Notes under the pieces: generated by a model
The model's database searches: none
The model's input: only the letters and a program-made list of their open reading frames with translations
Told to the model about the DNA's origin: nothing
Made by a program: the position numbers and the translations under genes
NCBI RefSeq assembly: GCF_000010065.1
Contig: NC_006576.1
Location: 840,001-872,000, forward strand
Length of the DNA: 32,000 bases
DNA from: Synechococcus elongatus PCC 6301
GTDB lineage: Bacteria; Cyanobacteriota; Cyanobacteriia; Synechococcales; Synechococcaceae
Reading direction: 5' to 3'
Part shown: in pieces, positions 30,863 through 32,000 of the stretch
Position numbering within the stretch: position 1 is the first letter of the stretch
How the letters are laid out: each line of letters begins with the position of its first letter

Positions 30863-31440
30863 CAGTAGTCCCAAACCCCTTTCGGCCCGTCGTCGAGGTG
30901 CACGAACCGGCGACCAGCTTTGATGCCGCGACCCACGCCGCCGTTCCAGTTCTGCTCGCACCACTGTTCGAACTCAAGCGGATTGAACTGGAGTGGGGAC
31001 ACATCAGCCGCGCCGCCAGTCAGGTGATAGCTGTCGTCAACACCACCAACCCGAGCGTTAGTCACCGGGTCGCGGAACCAAGACGTGACACCCAGCGGGC
31101 CGAACTGCTTACGGAGTACGTCGAGCCGTGCAGCCAGCTTCACGATCCGCCGCTTGTTCTCAGCAGTCACCCGCTGCCTACGGAAGTCATCGAACTGGAA
31201 CACCTCGCCCACCGTGAAGTGCTCAGAAACGCGAGCATCCCACTCACTCCACTGAACCGTCTCAGCCGTGAGTGGTTGCGCGTTCGCCGTGCGGTAGGTC
31301 TTGACCCACTCGGCACTGTCCCGCATGGCAGCGTCGGGAATCACACCCGCCAACATATAGGCAGCCCGGCGATGGTTAGGGTTGTTGGGGTCGAAGTGGA
31401 TGAAGAAATCGAGGAACTTATCAGCCGTAATGGTGCTCAT
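30862..31440 (-). CDS. Peptidase M15-family (D-Ala-D-Ala carboxypeptidase-like) cell-wall hydrolase
   Basis: SWFRDPVTNARVGGVDDSYHLTGGAADV plus a downstream HLDD match the zinc-binding H..D...H arrangement of M15A phage peptidases. Confidence 0.8.
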   Translation of the reverse strand: MSTITADKFLDFFIHFDPNNPNHRRAAYMLAGVIPDAAMRDSAEWVKTYRTANAQPLTAETVQWSEWDARVSEHFTVGEVFQFDDFRRQRVTAENKRRIVKLAARLDVLRKQFGPLGVTSWFRDPVTNARVGGVDDSYHLTGGAADVSPLQFNPLEFEQWCEQNWNGGVGRGIKAGRRFVHLDDGPKGVWDY

Positions 31441-31670
31441 TGGGCAGTCTTCAACTCCAAGTCCCTAACGCGCCGTTCCAGCTCCACAAGCTGCGCACTG
31501 GTGTTCTTGGCGATTTCAAGGATCCGCGTTTGGCTGGCCTTGATTTCGATGATGCTGGCCTACATCGCCCACAGCAGACCAACGATCGCCAGAAAAGAAC
31601 TAGCCAAGATGGTTGGTGCCGCGCCAGCGAATACACGGTCAAGCGTGGAATGCTCTTTGCTTTCACCCAT
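31437..31670 (-). pseudogene. Small TM plus coiled-coil phage gene interrupted by an in-frame amber codon
   Basis: My own translation: MGESKEHSTLDRVFAGAAPTILASSFLAIVGLLWAM, then TAG (31560-62), then ASIIEIKASQTRILEIAKNTSAQLVELERRVRDLELKTAQ. Its stop overlaps the M15 ATG (ATGA). Confidence 0.5.
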
Positions 31671-31709
31671 CTCTTTAGATTCCAGTGAAGTTCTGTTGCG
31701 CTGACAACC

Positions 31710-32000
31710 TCATTTTAAGCGGTAGTAGCGAATTGGCCCACTGTAGAAACCTTGGTACTCAGACGGTGAGGCGAGCCTCGTTCTCGTGGGTCGCGAGCTG
31801 CTGTTGCTGATAACCCTTCCCCCATCACAGGTCACGATCCCAATGTGCGCCTGGGGTGGGTTGCCGCCATCAGTGAAGATTGCGATAGCGCCCGGCTCAG
31901 GACCGCTGACTTGTTGAGCACCAGAGCGCCGCAGCGCCGCCTCCGCATCAGGGACGTAGTTCGACCCGCCCCACGGTGTCGTGAGCCCTGCCTTTTGAAA
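31710..32000 (-). CDS. Partial CDS (N-terminus beyond the window); CHAP/NlpC-P60-like or TIGR02594-like cell-wall hydrolase C-terminus
   Basis: My own translation: ...GPEPGAIAIFTDGGNPPQAHIGIVTCDGGRVISNSSS...RYYRLK, stop at 31710-12. This is the 'G.iv.f....H.GIV' pattern of CHAP-like amidases. Confidence 0.35.
   Translation of the reverse strand, partial: FQKAGLTTPWGGSNYVPDAEAALRRSGAQQVSGPEPGAIAIFTDGGNPPQAHIGIVTCDGGRVISNSSSRPTRTRLASPSEYQGFYSGPIRYYRLK

Larger units (their letters stand above)
20881..32000. mobile_element. Left part of a phage-like integrated element (cryptic prophage) adjoining the tRNA-Leu sequence; continues beyond the window
   Basis: The tRNA junction is followed by DinD/BRO-N, zinc-ribbon and XRE-HTH genes and a lysis cassette (GH24 lysozyme, holin-like genes, M15 peptidase). 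No integrase lies in this window. Confidence 0.75.

Noticed and set aside
30898-31704. 268-aa plus-strand ORF, and the 82-aa ORF at 31440..31688
   Set aside because: They are antisense to the M15 peptidase and the small coiled-coil gene. The translations have no motifs, while the minus strand shows clear M15 zinc-site motifs and ATGA-coupled gene junctions.

Overview
The window looks like cyanobacterial chromosome. The HIP1 octamer GCGATCGC is frequent, and cpcT, crtE, hisG, folD and ppsA are present. From memory, and not verifiable here, the gene order resembles Synechococcus elongatus. Positions 1-20.9 kb are ordinary core genes: PBP1A, hisG, an ABC exporter, ppsA, a Hanks-type kinase, a 7TM-HD phosphohydrolase, folD, crtE, a DUF212 protein, a hydrolase, a GNAT, cpcT, a GST-like protein, a 5'-nucleotidase and a Coq4-like protein. 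At about 20.88 kb a tRNA-Leu(CAA)-derived sequence with its own terminator marks the junction with a phage-like integrated element that runs past the right edge. That element carries a DinD/BRO-N gene, a zinc-ribbon gene, three tandem XRE-HTH genes and a lysis cassette (GH24 lysozyme, holin-like genes, an M15 peptidase, a partial CHAP-like gene). Between the HTH region and the lysis cassette sits a visibly AT-rich segment of about 6 kb (about 23985-29945) with no HIP1 copies. Its cargo looks like defence genes: a Panacea/SocA (DUF4065) antitoxin-like gene overlapping a small unassigned partner, a DUF2971 gene, a multiply disrupted Mrr-type nuclease pseudogene, a probably frameshift-split unknown gene, and an intact, tightly coupled pair (an unassigned 271-aa protein plus DUF488). 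That pair is my best candidate for an undescribed system. A conserved element of about 40 bp recurs after successive plus-strand genes and at the GC-composition boundaries, which suggests cassette organisation.
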